A stretch of 64,000 nucleotides of DNA, taken from positions 1-64,000 of IMG/VR virus record IMGVR_UViG_3300020048_000007. One strand, written 5' to 3'. The translations under genes and the position numbers were made by a program. The stretch comes from a virus (lineage: Duplodnaviria; Caudoviricetes). The notes beneath the pieces are model-generated. The model did no database searches. It saw nothing but the letters and a program-made list of their open reading frames with translations, and had not been told where the DNA came from. This document shows positions 9,786 through 19,194 of this stretch, piece after piece (the first letter of the stretch is position 1; each line of letters begins with the position of its first letter).

Positions 9786-10702
9786 CCATAGCTTTTTGTG
9801 AATCTTTCAGCGTTTGCCTTCAGGCTGTCCTGTACTGTCCTGCTGATCAGCTTATATTCATCAGCCAGGCTGGTAGCAAACACGACAGGGTCGTCGCTTC
9901 CTATAGTGCATTTGAGCCCTTTATTAATCATGGTGTGAATAGGATGATGTTCAATACCCAAAGACGGGCGTATCTTTAGATTCGATGTTAATGCTAGATC
10001 AAACTGTATATCCAAATCAATAGCTCTTTTAATTAGTTCCTCATCCTGTATAATATCGATACCATGCGCAATATTGGTGATCTTAAGATTTTCTATAGCC
10101 TGTCTAACGTTATCGACTCTACCTACTTCTCCCACGTGTACCCTAATCATTTTCTTATGTGCTGCCCATTTCTCGAAGTAGGGTCTATAAAAACTTGCGT
10201 CAAAAAATTTTTCGTCTCCTACAAGGTCTATTCCTGCAATACACTCTTGTATAATAGGATCATCAATTAGTTCAAGATACTTGTGCCTTGACTGTTCAAG
10301 GCTTTCATATTTTATAGATAGTACCAGCGCCACCCTGCCGGGTGCGTATCTTTGAAACTCGCGGTAAAAGAAACTAATCAGGTCTCTTTTATGCCATCTG
10401 ATAGTATGCAGGTATTTGTTGATACTAAAATCGAGCCATACGAATTTTAAATCTTGTCTGATTATTTCATCAGCGACAGCTTTTATCGATATTGATAATA
10501 GTTCTTCATCCCACAGTATTTCATCGAATATTCTGAATTTGTTTAAGAAACCGTCAAACCCGTGTTGGCCATCGTATACTATGGACTCTCTGACTTCTTC
10601 ATAGCTTCCTGCTAAGAAGTGCCATTGTTTTGTTCTTATTATGTCCCAGACGCATTGTGTGGGTATGGAACCACTGAAGTGTACGTGGCAGTCTATCATC
10701 AT
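9776..10702 (-). CDS. add: Adenosine deaminase family metallo-hydrolase
   Basis: All canonical motifs are present: DCHVHFSGS (HxH), GIDLVGDE, HVGE, IAHG, IGSDDP. Confidence 0.9.
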   Translation of the reverse strand: MMIDCHVHFSGSIPTQCVWDIIRTKQWHFLAGSYEEVRESIVYDGQHGFDGFLNKFRIFDEILWDEELLSISIKAVADEIIRQDLKFVWLDFSINKYLHTIRWHKRDLISFFYREFQRYAPGRVALVLSIKYESLEQSRHKYLELIDDPIIQECIAGIDLVGDEKFFDASFYRPYFEKWAAHKKMIRVHVGEVGRVDNVRQAIENLKITNIAHGIDIIQDEELIKRAIDLDIQFDLALTSNLKIRPSLGIEHHPIHTMINKGLKCTIGSDDPVVFATSLADEYKLISRTVQDSLKANAERFTKSYGYL

Positions 10703-11070
10703 GACACCTTATTCAGTAGGTCTAATACGTTTGGATGTAATCTTAGCGATCTCATTTGAAATCTGGTGAAAAAAGAAGATATAGCGAGTTCATCGGTCGG
10801 CATTGTGCTTGTATTCAATGCTTTGCAAACCACGTAGACAACGTCTGGCTTATCATAGTAGAAATGATCTTTTGTTGCCTTACATTTGATGCCTGTCTCT
10901 TCGAATGCTTCTCTTACAGCTGCTTGTTCTGGGGTTTCTCCTGGCTCTATATCTCCGCCTGGGAAGCACCATCTATTTTGCCGATCATCCTCTGCTGTAG
11001 AAAGCCCAAGGAGCCATGCTCTTCCTGATTGTATCACCGCCACTGCGGCTTTAGGCTTTTTCTTAGTCAT
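10699..11070 (-). CDS. Nudix hydrolase
   Basis: Nudix box GGDIEPGETPEQAAVREAFEETGI. Confidence 0.92.
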   Translation of the reverse strand: MTKKKPKAAVAVIQSGRAWLLGLSTAEDDRQNRWCFPGGDIEPGETPEQAAVREAFEETGIKCKATKDHFYYDKPDVVYVVCKALNTSTMPTDELAISSFFTRFQMRSLRLHPNVLDLLNKVS

Positions 11071-11088
11071 TCATTTCTCCCTTATTTC

Positions 11089-11097
11089 TATATATTT
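11089..11097 (-). promoter_or_regulatory. Putative phage promoter motif AAATATATA
   Basis: Lies in the divergent gap upstream of the Nudix-ADA pair, followed by a GGGAG SD. Confidence 0.55.
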
Positions 11098-11140
11098 TAC
11101 AAGACGTCAAAAATATTTTATAACACTAAGGAGTTATAAC

Positions 11141-11899
11141 ATGGCCAGCAGACCTTTCTACGATCGTCTTAGTGAACGAGTCCAGGAAATTACAATGCTA
11201 GAGGGTTTCGATCATCTCTTAGCAGCAGCTACCGAAAGTAATACTTTCAGTAATAGCCAAGAACTTCAGAGCTATATTACAGAAGGTGCCTTAGTCAACG
11301 TTAACACATTTGGATCTGGCGTATTCTCAATACCAAGTGGCGAATACATGGTCTGGCTAACGGATGCAGGTCACACAATGTTAGTGCCTACCGACCAGCT
11401 CACTAGGACACCAGACGTGTTCGAGAATAGCGAGCACGGCTTCGAGATAAGCACGAGAGACATGCTGAAGACATTCACAGGCTTTGGTCGCACCCTCACC
11501 GAAGCCGATGAAGAAGAGCCAGAAAGAGACGAAGAAAGAGACGAAGAAAGAGACAGAGACGAAGACAAACCAGAATCACAGGATTTTTCACTTGCCGTTG
11601 ATGCATCAACAGTTGACCGAACACCTATTTTAAGAGCAATGGAAGACCAGAAGTTCACGGTTACAGAACTTGCTAACCAGTGCGGTGTAGACCCCCCGGC
11701 CATATCAAGAATTCTAAGAGAGCCACAACCAGGCCCAGGCGACCCAGGTGGAAGAAACCCAAGTATCGAATTGGCAGCCAAGATATGCGCTATCTTAAGC
11801 ATGGACCCACGATCCGCCTTCCCAGACATATTCACCAAAAAACGTACCCTCAACGCCAAAAGCACAAGCACCAGTTCATCTAAACGAGATGCCCTGTGA
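11141..11899 (+). CDS. XRE/Cro-C1-type HTH protein with a long N-terminal extension and acidic linker, 252 aa
   Basis: Start moved to ATG 11141 (AAGGAG SD); the track's 10886 start overlaps Nudix antisense. HTH: FTVTELANQCGVDPPAISRIL...RNPSIELAAKICAIL. Confidence 0.8.
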   Translation: MASRPFYDRLSERVQEITMLEGFDHLLAAATESNTFSNSQELQSYITEGALVNVNTFGSGVFSIPSGEYMVWLTDAGHTMLVPTDQLTRTPDVFENSEHGFEISTRDMLKTFTGFGRTLTEADEEEPERDEERDEERDRDEDKPESQDFSLAVDASTVDRTPILRAMEDQKFTVTELANQCGVDPPAISRILREPQPGPGDPGGRNPSIELAAKICAILSMDPRSAFPDIFTKKRTLNAKSTSTSSSKRDAL

Positions 11900-12342
11900 A
11901 ACTAAACATCATCGAAGCGGGCCACTGGGAAGTGGCCCAAATCCCATACCCAAATAAGAGCGTTAAAACCAAGACCAAAAAACGTGCACTAAGCATGTTA
12001 CTTCACCCCTCAGACCGCGAAAACTTCTTCGACGGCATAACAATGGGCGAAGAAATGTCTCCGGACACGATAAACAACAATCTGCTGCAAGGCAACGCCA
12101 TAAAAGCAGACCAAAAAGTAACACCGACGGATAAAGACGAAAAATTAAAGCGAGACCAATATAAAAATAAAGTCATCAACCCAGCATTCAAAAAAATGCA
12201 GGATCAGATGAAAAAAGCGAATAAGGATCTAGAAAACAAGCAACAGCAAGACATGGAAGATGAAAAAAGCACTGAGAAATTATCAGGTACAGTAAACTTA
12301 TTAAGCAAGCAGTTAACGGACATGCAAAGAGTCCTGCGTTAA
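11896..12342 (+). CDS. Hypothetical Lys/Gln-rich coiled-coil protein
   Basis: GTGA-coupled to the upstream gene; 148 aa. Confidence 0.75.
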   Translation: MKLNIIEAGHWEVAQIPYPNKSVKTKTKKRALSMLLHPSDRENFFDGITMGEEMSPDTINNNLLQGNAIKADQKVTPTDKDEKLKRDQYKNKVINPAFKKMQDQMKKANKDLENKQQQDMEDEKSTEKLSGTVNLLSKQLTDMQRVLR

Positions 12343-12353
12343 ACGCAGGACTC
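12329..12353. terminator. Perfect inverted repeat at a convergent gene junction
   Basis: GAGTCCTGCGT-TAA-ACGCAGGACTC; the loop is the stop codon of 11896-12342; no U-tract. Confidence 0.55.
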
Positions 12354-12363
12354 CGCGACAATA

Positions 12364-12690
12364 TCAACCGATTTGCTTGTCTTCTGGGCTACCAGCGACA
12401 ATACCAATATTAATAGCATCTGAAGGCACAACATCGATATCAAGCACAGCGAACAAAGGCTTGATTCCATCGCCAATCTGAGCATCACACTCAAACTTGA
12501 CTTGCGCCGAACCGAGTTTACCCGTAGTTGTAGCGACTGCATTCAGCCCAGAAGGGTCGACAGCCACCGTTACAATGCTCTCATCCGAAGATGACCAAAC
12601 TGGTGATTCGATAACCGCTGGATTACCAGCAGCACTCTTCGGGCTAACACCAAGGTTTACCAACTGAATATCAGTGAGAGTCAGAGCCAT
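12364..12690 (-). CDS. Single Ig-like (Big_2-type) domain protein, probable virion decoration
   Basis: PVWSSSDESIVTV....LNAVATTTGKLGSAQV Ig-like pattern; AGGAG SD. Confidence 0.65.
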   Translation of the reverse strand: MALTLTDIQLVNLGVSPKSAAGNPAVIESPVWSSSDESIVTVAVDPSGLNAVATTTGKLGSAQVKFECDAQIGDGIKPLFAVLDIDVVPSDAINIGIVAGSPEDKQIG

Positions 12691-12726
12691 GATCTATCTC
12701 CTATAAAATTGAACCGCACAACCTAT

Positions 12727-12939
12727 TTACGATTTCTCTGATATCTTCAGTATGTCGATCTCTACAAAATCAGCCAGATCATCCTCAACATGCACCATTA
12801 AAGCTGAGTACCGCACGAATATAAGCCAAATCCTATAATGTATAGACACCAGCTTATATCCATTAGATAAGTGATAATTGATCTGGTTGATTAACTTCCT
12901 TGGGTTTGTACTAACCAACGAGACCGTTCGGCTTTTCAT
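12727..12939 (-). CDS. Hypothetical protein, 70 aa
   Basis: In-operon short ORF (INYHLSNGYKLV). Confidence 0.55.
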   Translation of the reverse strand: MKSRTVSLVSTNPRKLINQINYHLSNGYKLVSIHYRIWLIFVRYSALMVHVEDDLADFVEIDILKISEKS

Positions 12940-13723
12940 GATTAGTGCCTCTATGCCACACAGTTTTGAACGTCTGGCCTGATTTCTGAAAAAAATCAGA
13001 GCTCCTATAATTACATACGTCTTGCTGGCAATTACCCCAATACCAAGCTAACTCACTAAAAGTGCTAAACTGAGGAGAGAAAAGAAGATTACCCTTAGAC
13101 AAAAGCAGCATATCCGCCAACGCATTCTGCTGCCAATCCAAAGAATTGTCTCTGAAAATATGAAACCTGTGTTTACTACGCTGAGTGAAAGCATAACCCC
13201 TATCGAAGTTATCAGTCGCCAAAAACACATCAGTCACTGGAAATTTTTCTAGGATCTCAAACAGTTCTGTATCGTCAAAGTTAAAATCGTGACTATCGAA
13301 ATGGTCAGTGTTAAACGTTCGGTAATGCACGGCAATTGTATATCTATGACGCTTATAAAACTCTGAGCATTTCAGGATTATCCTTTGATTAGGGTTTAAA
13401 TCATATAAAGAATTCACTATGAAGTCTCTTATGGTTTGGGGAACCATTGAGAACATGTGATCTATACACCGCCCATCGTTGCAGTCGCGTGGAAAATAGA
13501 AAAGATTAAAATATTCATCTAGGTAATCTAATTCTTTAAACAGGAATCTAAAATTGTAGTACATCTTCGATTCTTGTTGATCATATGGATCTGGCTCGAA
13601 GAGGTTCTCATACTTCCATTTTCGCCAATTGGGTTTAGCGTTGCCATCGTTTAGATTTTTAGCGCTTATTAGTGCTTTGAGGTTATTAGCTAAGCCAAAG
13701 TGGTCGGGGACGAGTGTCATCAT
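12911..13723 (-). CDS. NodZ/O-fucosyltransferase-like (GT-B) glycosyltransferase
   Basis: GLANNL; IAVHYRT (H-x-R motif I); VFLATDN (motif II); ALADMLLLSK...STFSELA (motif III). Confidence 0.75.
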   Translation of the reverse strand: MMTLVPDHFGLANNLKALISAKNLNDGNAKPNWRKWKYENLFEPDPYDQQESKMYYNFRFLFKELDYLDEYFNLFYFPRDCNDGRCIDHMFSMVPQTIRDFIVNSLYDLNPNQRIILKCSEFYKRHRYTIAVHYRTFNTDHFDSHDFNFDDTELFEILEKFPVTDVFLATDNFDRGYAFTQRSKHRFHIFRDNSLDWQQNALADMLLLSKGNLLFSPQFSTFSELAWYWGNCQQDVCNYRSSDFFQKSGQTFKTVWHRGTNHEKPNGLVG

Positions 13724-14034
13724 TTTTGGGCGCGCCGTTTATTTTCTTTGCCCACGTTTTCGCCGCCGTCCATTGCTCGTAGGTTGCTTTGGTTATCGTT
13801 TTTTTGATCATTATCCTTATGATCAACGTGAACCTCTTTTGGTAAATCTACGCCATTTTTCTTTTCATAATCCAGCCGGGCTTTATTGGTAGAAGTGGTC
13901 TTCCACTTGCCGTCTTTACCCTTCCATTTCTTTACATACAAGGGACGGCCATTATTAGCATCCGAGCCCTTATAAGGCCCAAATATTTTGACTTCTTCTA
14001 TAAGAGCTCTGTACGCATCTGTAAACATTGTCAC
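13720..14034 (-). CDS. Small HNH-motif protein
   Basis: VHVDHKDNDQKNDNQSNLRAM...EN; strong GGAGGAGG SD; the start could be ATG 14028. Confidence 0.8.
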   Translation of the reverse strand: MTMFTDAYRALIEEVKIFGPYKGSDANNGRPLYVKKWKGKDGKWKTTSTNKARLDYEKKNGVDLPKEVHVDHKDNDQKNDNQSNLRAMDGGENVGKENKRRAQK

Positions 14035-14045
14035 CCCTCCTCCAT

Positions 14046-14054
14046 GTATATTTA
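14046..14054 (-). promoter_or_regulatory. Putative phage promoter motif TAAATATAC
   Basis: Immediately upstream of the SD of the HNH gene. Confidence 0.5.
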
Positions 14055-14068
14055 ACCTACTAAATCAT

Positions 14069-14096
14069 TGCCCCTCAAGACTATTCTCGAGGGGCA
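14069..14096 (-). terminator. Stem-loop downstream of ORF 14133-15884
   Basis: Minus strand TGCCCCTCGAGA-ATAG-TCTTGAGGGGCA: 12 bp with one G:U pair, no clear U-tract. Confidence 0.55.
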
Positions 14097-14132
14097 CATC
14101 CGATAGATCACCTGATTTAGCTGATTAATAAC

Positions 14133-15884
14133 TCAGCCTTGCCAGGTGTCGCCATTAAACCAAAGGAAACGGGTCCCGTTAAACCATCCGTCGCCAAAAA
14201 CCGGGTCCCGACCAAACAATGTCTGCAACCGAGGATAGATCTTGTTATCATAGAACGTCGGATCATTCGGAACCTTAGTCGAATCGACCACCAGCTTAAC
14301 GATCCTGTTGGCCAAGCCGCCAGTGAACCCAAACCGATCAATCGCAGCCTCAATAGTATTAGTTGATATCGCTTCAAGATCAATTCTGTTACCCAAACCA
14401 GCATCTAACTCGGTAACATACTTGTTGGAGTTAGAAGGGACTTGAGGAGAAGAAAGATTTGAAGCTGTGCCAGTAAGCGCAAGAGACTGATTTAAAGTCG
14501 GAGAGTACTGGCTGATTCTAGAAACCCCAAAACTACTCAATCTGGCGCGAGCCAGACCATAGTTGACCTGGTGGTCGGTTGAAGTGTTGGCACCGATAGC
14601 AGCGAACCAATCTGAAATGACGGCGGTAGTTCCATCCCATAAATCAGACAGAATGGCATAACCAAGACCCATTTGTCTATCATCTCCTGCCGAAGTACCG
14701 ACAGGGTTCATGGTCACCAAGTCATTTGGTTGGGCGCCGCTATCTAATGTAAGCGTTGCGAATTCAGTGTAAACGGAACTGTTACCGATGAACCGTGTAG
14801 AGAAGTACATGGTTATTGGCCGTGTCCCAGAGTCGGACATTACTATTCGACTTACGAACACGGGGAAGGCTGCGGTTGTGGTCCCGCCATCATTTGCCGG
14901 GGCCGTTATGTTAAATTCTCTGAACAATCCCTTAGGGATATTATAATAAGTGCCATTTATATCTCTTGTGTCACCGGCCAGGGTGGCATTACTATCAAAC
15001 GGGTAGTTGAAAGCTTGTAGCCAACTGGCAATATCCGAGCTTAATGGCGGAATGGGATTTAATGTTCCGTCTGTCAGTATGCCTGTGCCGTGTACCACAC
15101 TGCTGATGGAGTAGTCGTCTGTTATGTTCGTCCCACCGCCCTCAAAGTTCGATATTTGATATTGTGTGGGGTTTAAATATTCTCCAGAAGTATTCTCAAG
15201 AGCCGGTGGCGCGATTGCAGTTATGAAATCCGTGGCTTGCTGTAGCGTTAGATCTAGTGTCTTGAACACTATAAATCCTGCGAATGATGTCGACTCAGTC
15301 TGGCCGACCACTTCTTCACCGAGTGCTGTGCTTGGAAACACCGCAGCAGCGTTAGTTGCTGGTGTGATCCTCATCATCTGGAATGTAAGCGGGCTGTCGA
15401 TTTGATAATCGGCATAGAACAAGATCTGTTCGCCGGTGTTAATATTCTGGTTTCTGATATTACCGCTGAATACTAGTCGAATAACTCCGGCATAAGTATC
15501 AGATGTGGATGAATCCGACCCCGAGACTCTGATTAGCTTTGATAGTCTCACGTGTTCCCATTTTTCTGGGAGACTTATGGACATATCCCATATCAGTCCT
15601 ATTGGGAAATCGATTATGGTAGTTGTATCTATGTCTACTGTCGGTTGGACTATGAAGGGGTATAGTGCTTGGTGTCCGAGCCGTATGTTTAGTGTATCGA
15701 CGGTTTTGGCTATAACTAACTGTCTGACTGCCATGTCCGCGATTGGTCTATTTAGGACTTCGTAGAAGCAAGGGTCAGTTGGTGTTAGCCATCTAATGTT
15801 CAGGGTGTCGTCTCCGCCAGTGAGGCTTGAGAAGAGCGTGCCTGGTGTTTTGGTTGGGATCAGAGCTGGCGTAATCGTGGGCAT
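14133..15884 (-). CDS. Putative virion structural (tail/baseplate) protein, 583 aa
   Basis: Thr/Ser/Gly-rich, beta-type composition; ends GDGWFNGTRFLWFNGDTW; sits in a structural gene block. Confidence 0.6.
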   Translation of the reverse strand: MPTITPALIPTKTPGTLFSSLTGGDDTLNIRWLTPTDPCFYEVLNRPIADMAVRQLVIAKTVDTLNIRLGHQALYPFIVQPTVDIDTTTIIDFPIGLIWDMSISLPEKWEHVRLSKLIRVSGSDSSTSDTYAGVIRLVFSGNIRNQNINTGEQILFYADYQIDSPLTFQMMRITPATNAAAVFPSTALGEEVVGQTESTSFAGFIVFKTLDLTLQQATDFITAIAPPALENTSGEYLNPTQYQISNFEGGGTNITDDYSISSVVHGTGILTDGTLNPIPPLSSDIASWLQAFNYPFDSNATLAGDTRDINGTYYNIPKGLFREFNITAPANDGGTTTAAFPVFVSRIVMSDSGTRPITMYFSTRFIGNSSVYTEFATLTLDSGAQPNDLVTMNPVGTSAGDDRQMGLGYAILSDLWDGTTAVISDWFAAIGANTSTDHQVNYGLARARLSSFGVSRISQYSPTLNQSLALTGTASNLSSPQVPSNSNKYVTELDAGLGNRIDLEAISTNTIEAAIDRFGFTGGLANRIVKLVVDSTKVPNDPTFYDNKIYPRLQTLFGRDPVFGDGWFNGTRFLWFNGDTWQG

Positions 15885-15915
15885 TGTGTGGTTCCGTAAA
15901 CCAGGATGTTTCTCT

Positions 15916-15924
15916 TATATATTC
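15916..15924 (-). promoter_or_regulatory. Putative phage promoter motif GAATATATA
   Basis: Lies in the intergenic gap upstream of 15884. Confidence 0.45.
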
Positions 15925-15933
15925 ACAGAAGAA

Positions 15934-15954
15934 TGGGCTGACTTAGCCAGCCCA
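15934..15954 (-). terminator. Stem-loop downstream of ORF 15994-17031
   Basis: Minus strand TGGGCTGGC-TAA-GTCAGCCCA: 9 bp including one G:U pair. Confidence 0.5.
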
Positions 15955-15993
15955 ATGAAGCAGATTCTCAAGAAGAGAGCATAGACTTCGAAT

Positions 15994-17031
15994 TCAATTT
16001 AAAATAATCGACCATCGTACCGTTATCTCGAAGTCAACGCTTTTCTTAACAGGCATATTTAAGATCCTATGAGAGAAGATCCTAAAGCTATCACGCATAA
16101 CGCCAATGCTACCAGTCAGAGGCGTGTTGCTGCTGTTAACTGGGGTTCTATCTAAAACAAGCTCAGAGCCAGAACCAGATTTGCTGATAACCAGATAGTA
16201 TGGTGAAACTTGGCCTAGGGTGCTCGTCCCATTAGCATTAGTAATCCTAACTTGGTCACCCTCCACAATCAGACTGGTTGGAGAACCCAAGTTAACCGTA
16301 GCAGACCCCGATGCGACCGCAGCTAGAGGAGCAACAGTTCCGTCAGTTCTATCGTCACCCTCAAGGAACAATGAATGGGGATCACAGTTACAACTAGCTA
16401 TTGATCCTATCTCCGGCGCCGCGACAAGAGCACATTCCGTGATTGTGAAGAAATTGCTGTCGATTGTCCCCATGCCATTGTATTCATCTTTTCTGAGAAC
16501 AGTCTCAAAAACGATAATATTATTAATCGCCCTCACATCGTCTTCAAGCAACGGCACGCCAGCTGGCTGGTAAGAAGGCTCAAAAAAGACTCTCTCGATC
16601 CTTTTAAGCGGCCTATTAGGTTCAGCAACCGGGATTGGCTTGATCAATCCACCTTCATCTGTTGCACCTGGTGTGAGTTGGATGGGGTAGCTTCCACCAA
16701 GGATTGAATCGACTTTATAGAAATCGGCATCATTTACATCCAATGGAGCGAAATTGGTGGGGTTATATGAAGCACCGAATACCATATACTTTATACTGTA
16801 GTCATCCAAATTAAGGCCGTTTGCTTCCCACGCACCTGCTCCGGAATTGGCGTTGGGGTTCCAAATGTTAGCGGGAGCAATGCGGTGGCTGAACGATTCT
16901 TTCGCGAATATTTTGACTATGTTGGGCTCTTTGTGAGTGTCGACAACCCGACCATATTTGTCTTTTACTATAAATTCAATCTCGCCTTTATAGCTATTTC
17001 GGCCCATCGATTCGTTCAGATTAAGCTGCAT
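15994..17031 (-). CDS. Tail-fibre anchor / tail-collar-like structural protein
   Basis: GEIEFIVKD...PNIVK..AKE; IIVFETVL...E.NG...ITECAL; IFSHR....VKKSVDFEITVRWSI resembles phage tail-fibre N-terminal (baseplate attachment) domains. Confidence 0.6.
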   Translation of the reverse strand: MQLNLNESMGRNSYKGEIEFIVKDKYGRVVDTHKEPNIVKIFAKESFSHRIAPANIWNPNANSGAGAWEANGLNLDDYSIKYMVFGASYNPTNFAPLDVNDADFYKVDSILGGSYPIQLTPGATDEGGLIKPIPVAEPNRPLKRIERVFFEPSYQPAGVPLLEDDVRAINNIIVFETVLRKDEYNGMGTIDSNFFTITECALVAAPEIGSIASCNCDPHSLFLEGDDRTDGTVAPLAAVASGSATVNLGSPTSLIVEGDQVRITNANGTSTLGQVSPYYLVISKSGSGSELVLDRTPVNSSNTPLTGSIGVMRDSFRIFSHRILNMPVKKSVDFEITVRWSIILN

Positions 17032-17040
17032 ATCATCCTC

Positions 17041-17700
17041 TTAGTTTACAATTACATCCGGTTGGTAGAATGTCGTGCTTGGGATTCTTCTTAATGTCAC
17101 GGTGAACGTATCACCAGCTTCTAAAACGAAGTCTAGAAGCGACACATGTGTGTTGAAAACGCTGACTCTACGTGGGTCGCATATGATGGTGGTAGCACCA
17201 GACCGCTGTGAACCAACTCCGTTTATTACGACGAAAGCTCTGGTATCGGCGGCGATATAGCTACCAAACGTAGCTGGTATTGGTATGTCGCTAGAACCGG
17301 CGTTTTTGGCAAATCCAGCGTAATACAGCTCTGGGGCCACGGAGCTAAGTGAGTCTACAGTTTGTTCGTACCACGATTGTAGTGTAATAGATCCTAAACT
17401 GATTGCTTCTGAAAGACTAAGCCAACTGTTATTTTTTCGTACTCTGAAGGTGGCTGGCGGTATGACGTTTGACAGGTCTATTGAAGTGTTGTACCACAAA
17501 GAACCGTCGCGATAGTTGGTTGGCTCTTGAGACGAAGCTTGGTTGCTTAATAGCCCTATTAGGTAGAGGCGTAACCAATCATACCGTGCCTGTTGGCCGG
17601 GAGCTGGGTAAGAGTCGTGCGGCTGTGAAGTCTCTCCGACATCGTTGGCAAAATCAATCCTGGCCGCTGGAAAACGAATCCGGGCGTCTTGAGTTGACAT
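17041..17700 (-). CDS. Putative virion structural protein, 219 aa
   Basis: Operonic; YRDGSLWYNT motif typical of tail proteins. Confidence 0.6.
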   Translation of the reverse strand: MSTQDARIRFPAARIDFANDVGETSQPHDSYPAPGQQARYDWLRLYLIGLLSNQASSQEPTNYRDGSLWYNTSIDLSNVIPPATFRVRKNNSWLSLSEAISLGSITLQSWYEQTVDSLSSVAPELYYAGFAKNAGSSDIPIPATFGSYIAADTRAFVVINGVGSQRSGATTIICDPRRVSVFNTHVSLLDFVLEAGDTFTVTLRRIPSTTFYQPDVIVN

Positions 17701-17701
17701 A

Positions 17702-18736
17702 TTATACCTTTACTCCCGGTTGCCCTTTTACCTCTCCAGCTGAAGCGGCTGCTTGAGCAGGAGAATCCATCATTCCTTTAATTACGTCTGACTCATCTGG
17801 TTTATCAGGTTGAAAGGCTTTGACCACATCACGCACAGCTTTCTCTTGCGCCGAAATCATAGCTTGCTGCTGCTTCAGGGCACCTGGTGCTTCACCTTTA
17901 GCGAAGTCAATCATGTTTCGAAGCTGCTCTTCCAATTCGTGTGGCTCATCAAGGGCTTCTGATGGTATCCGCAGTAGAGCTTGAGGCGCCTTTGTCGTCG
18001 CGTTCATGACGTAAAGGATTATACTAAGCCCGTCCGCTGATAATTTCCAGTTAATGCCCTGTTGTTTTAATCTTTCTTGGATGGGACCTATACCTAGTTG
18101 GTCACCCAGCACTTTTAACGCAGTACCAAATTTCTGGAATAAGTCTTTAGGCTGGTTATCAGTGGGCGTGGCCATGCCATCTAGCCCTTCAAGCTTTAGG
18201 GTATTATTTATACGCTTGCTTATAGCTGATTCTTTTTGTACTTTGTCTCTTTGACTCTTTTTGGAGCTAGTTGGGTGATTGACTCCACCTAGCGTCATTT
18301 GAAAACTGCTTAGGTTTCTCTGCCTGCTGGATTGGTTTGATCTTGTGATACCAGCGGTAGCACCTTTGTACTGTGACTCTAGGATTCGTTTTGCGTCTGC
18401 TAGGAAGTCAAAGGAATTACGTTCTTGGAGCGCTTTCATTTTTTTCTCTCCGTAGTAAGCATCTATTATTTTATCCCACTGCTTTTCATTGATGGCTGCG
18501 ACTGAGAGACTGATAATGGTCCCACCACGCACTCTTCTTGTGTCTAGATGTACCCGATCATCATCGAATTTTCGTGAGACTTCATGTGCAATTTGATTCA
18601 ATGTGTCCTGATCTTTAGTAGTCACAAATACTGATTGAAGATCGCTCTCCTCGTACGTCGGATTGTAAGTGACATCCAGTTTATCGCACGCCATGCATAT
18701 TGAATCAAGAGCTAATCTTAAATTTTGATAATTCAT
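17702..18736 (-). CDS. Hypothetical protein, 344 aa (candidate head-internal protein)
   Basis: ATGA coupling; charged, low-complexity middle region. Confidence 0.7.
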   Translation of the reverse strand: MNYQNLRLALDSICMACDKLDVTYNPTYEESDLQSVFVTTKDQDTLNQIAHEVSRKFDDDRVHLDTRRVRGGTIISLSVAAINEKQWDKIIDAYYGEKKMKALQERNSFDFLADAKRILESQYKGATAGITRSNQSSRQRNLSSFQMTLGGVNHPTSSKKSQRDKVQKESAISKRINNTLKLEGLDGMATPTDNQPKDLFQKFGTALKVLGDQLGIGPIQERLKQQGINWKLSADGLSIILYVMNATTKAPQALLRIPSEALDEPHELEEQLRNMIDFAKGEAPGALKQQQAMISAQEKAVRDVVKAFQPDKPDESDVIKGMMDSPAQAAASAGEVKGQPGVKV

Positions 18737-19194
18737 GCCTCGTCCTTGTAAGCATATAAGGCCACCAGAGGCACCTTTCTTCCTTCAACGATCAAGCGAC
18801 CGCGCCCATTTTTGCATTCTGGGACGATGACACTGAGTAAATGATCGAGCATCTCTTGAGGGCTGCCTGAAAAACCGGTACCCTGCACGACAAACTTTCC
18901 GTTAACTGGTGTAACGACACTACATCCGGTTTCATCGCCAATGCTTAAATCATGGGGATTCAAATTAATATCGATCTGAGGTTCAGCAGCTTTGACACTA
19001 GTGGCCATGGTGGCTAGAGTCTTTTTCTCTATGGCTACCATCTCATTGTACAAATTCTCTAGTTGAGACTTAATGCTGTCGATTCGCTGCACTACTTCAA
19101 GATATTGGCTAGATAGTTGTTCTAACTCTGATCCAGACTGCTGACCGGATAGATCTTCAAGCACGGCACTAAGAATCTGAGAGAATCGACTCAT
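18733..19194 (-). CDS. Hypothetical protein with an N-terminal coiled coil, 153 aa
   Basis: ATGA coupling on both sides. Confidence 0.7.
   Translation of the reverse strand: MSRFSQILSAVLEDLSGQQSGSELEQLSSQYLEVVQRIDSIKSQLENLYNEMVAIEKKTLATMATSVKAAEPQIDINLNPHDLSIGDETGCSVVTPVNGKFVVQGTGFSGSPQEMLDHLLSVIVPECKNGRGRLIVEGRKVPLVALYAYKDEA

Noticed and set aside
9776-11070. Z-genome (2-aminoadenine) pathway
   Set aside because: No PurZ, DatZ or MazZ-like gene is visible; ADA plus Nudix alone is not diagnostic.
10886-11140. ORF-track N-terminal extension of the HTH gene
   Set aside because: It is antisense to the Nudix gene; ATG 11141 has a good AAGGAG SD.
13720-14034. Mobile homing endonuclease or intron
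   Set aside because: The HNH ORF is only about 104 aa, has its own SD and promoter motif, lacks an extra DNA-binding domain and does not interrupt a gene.
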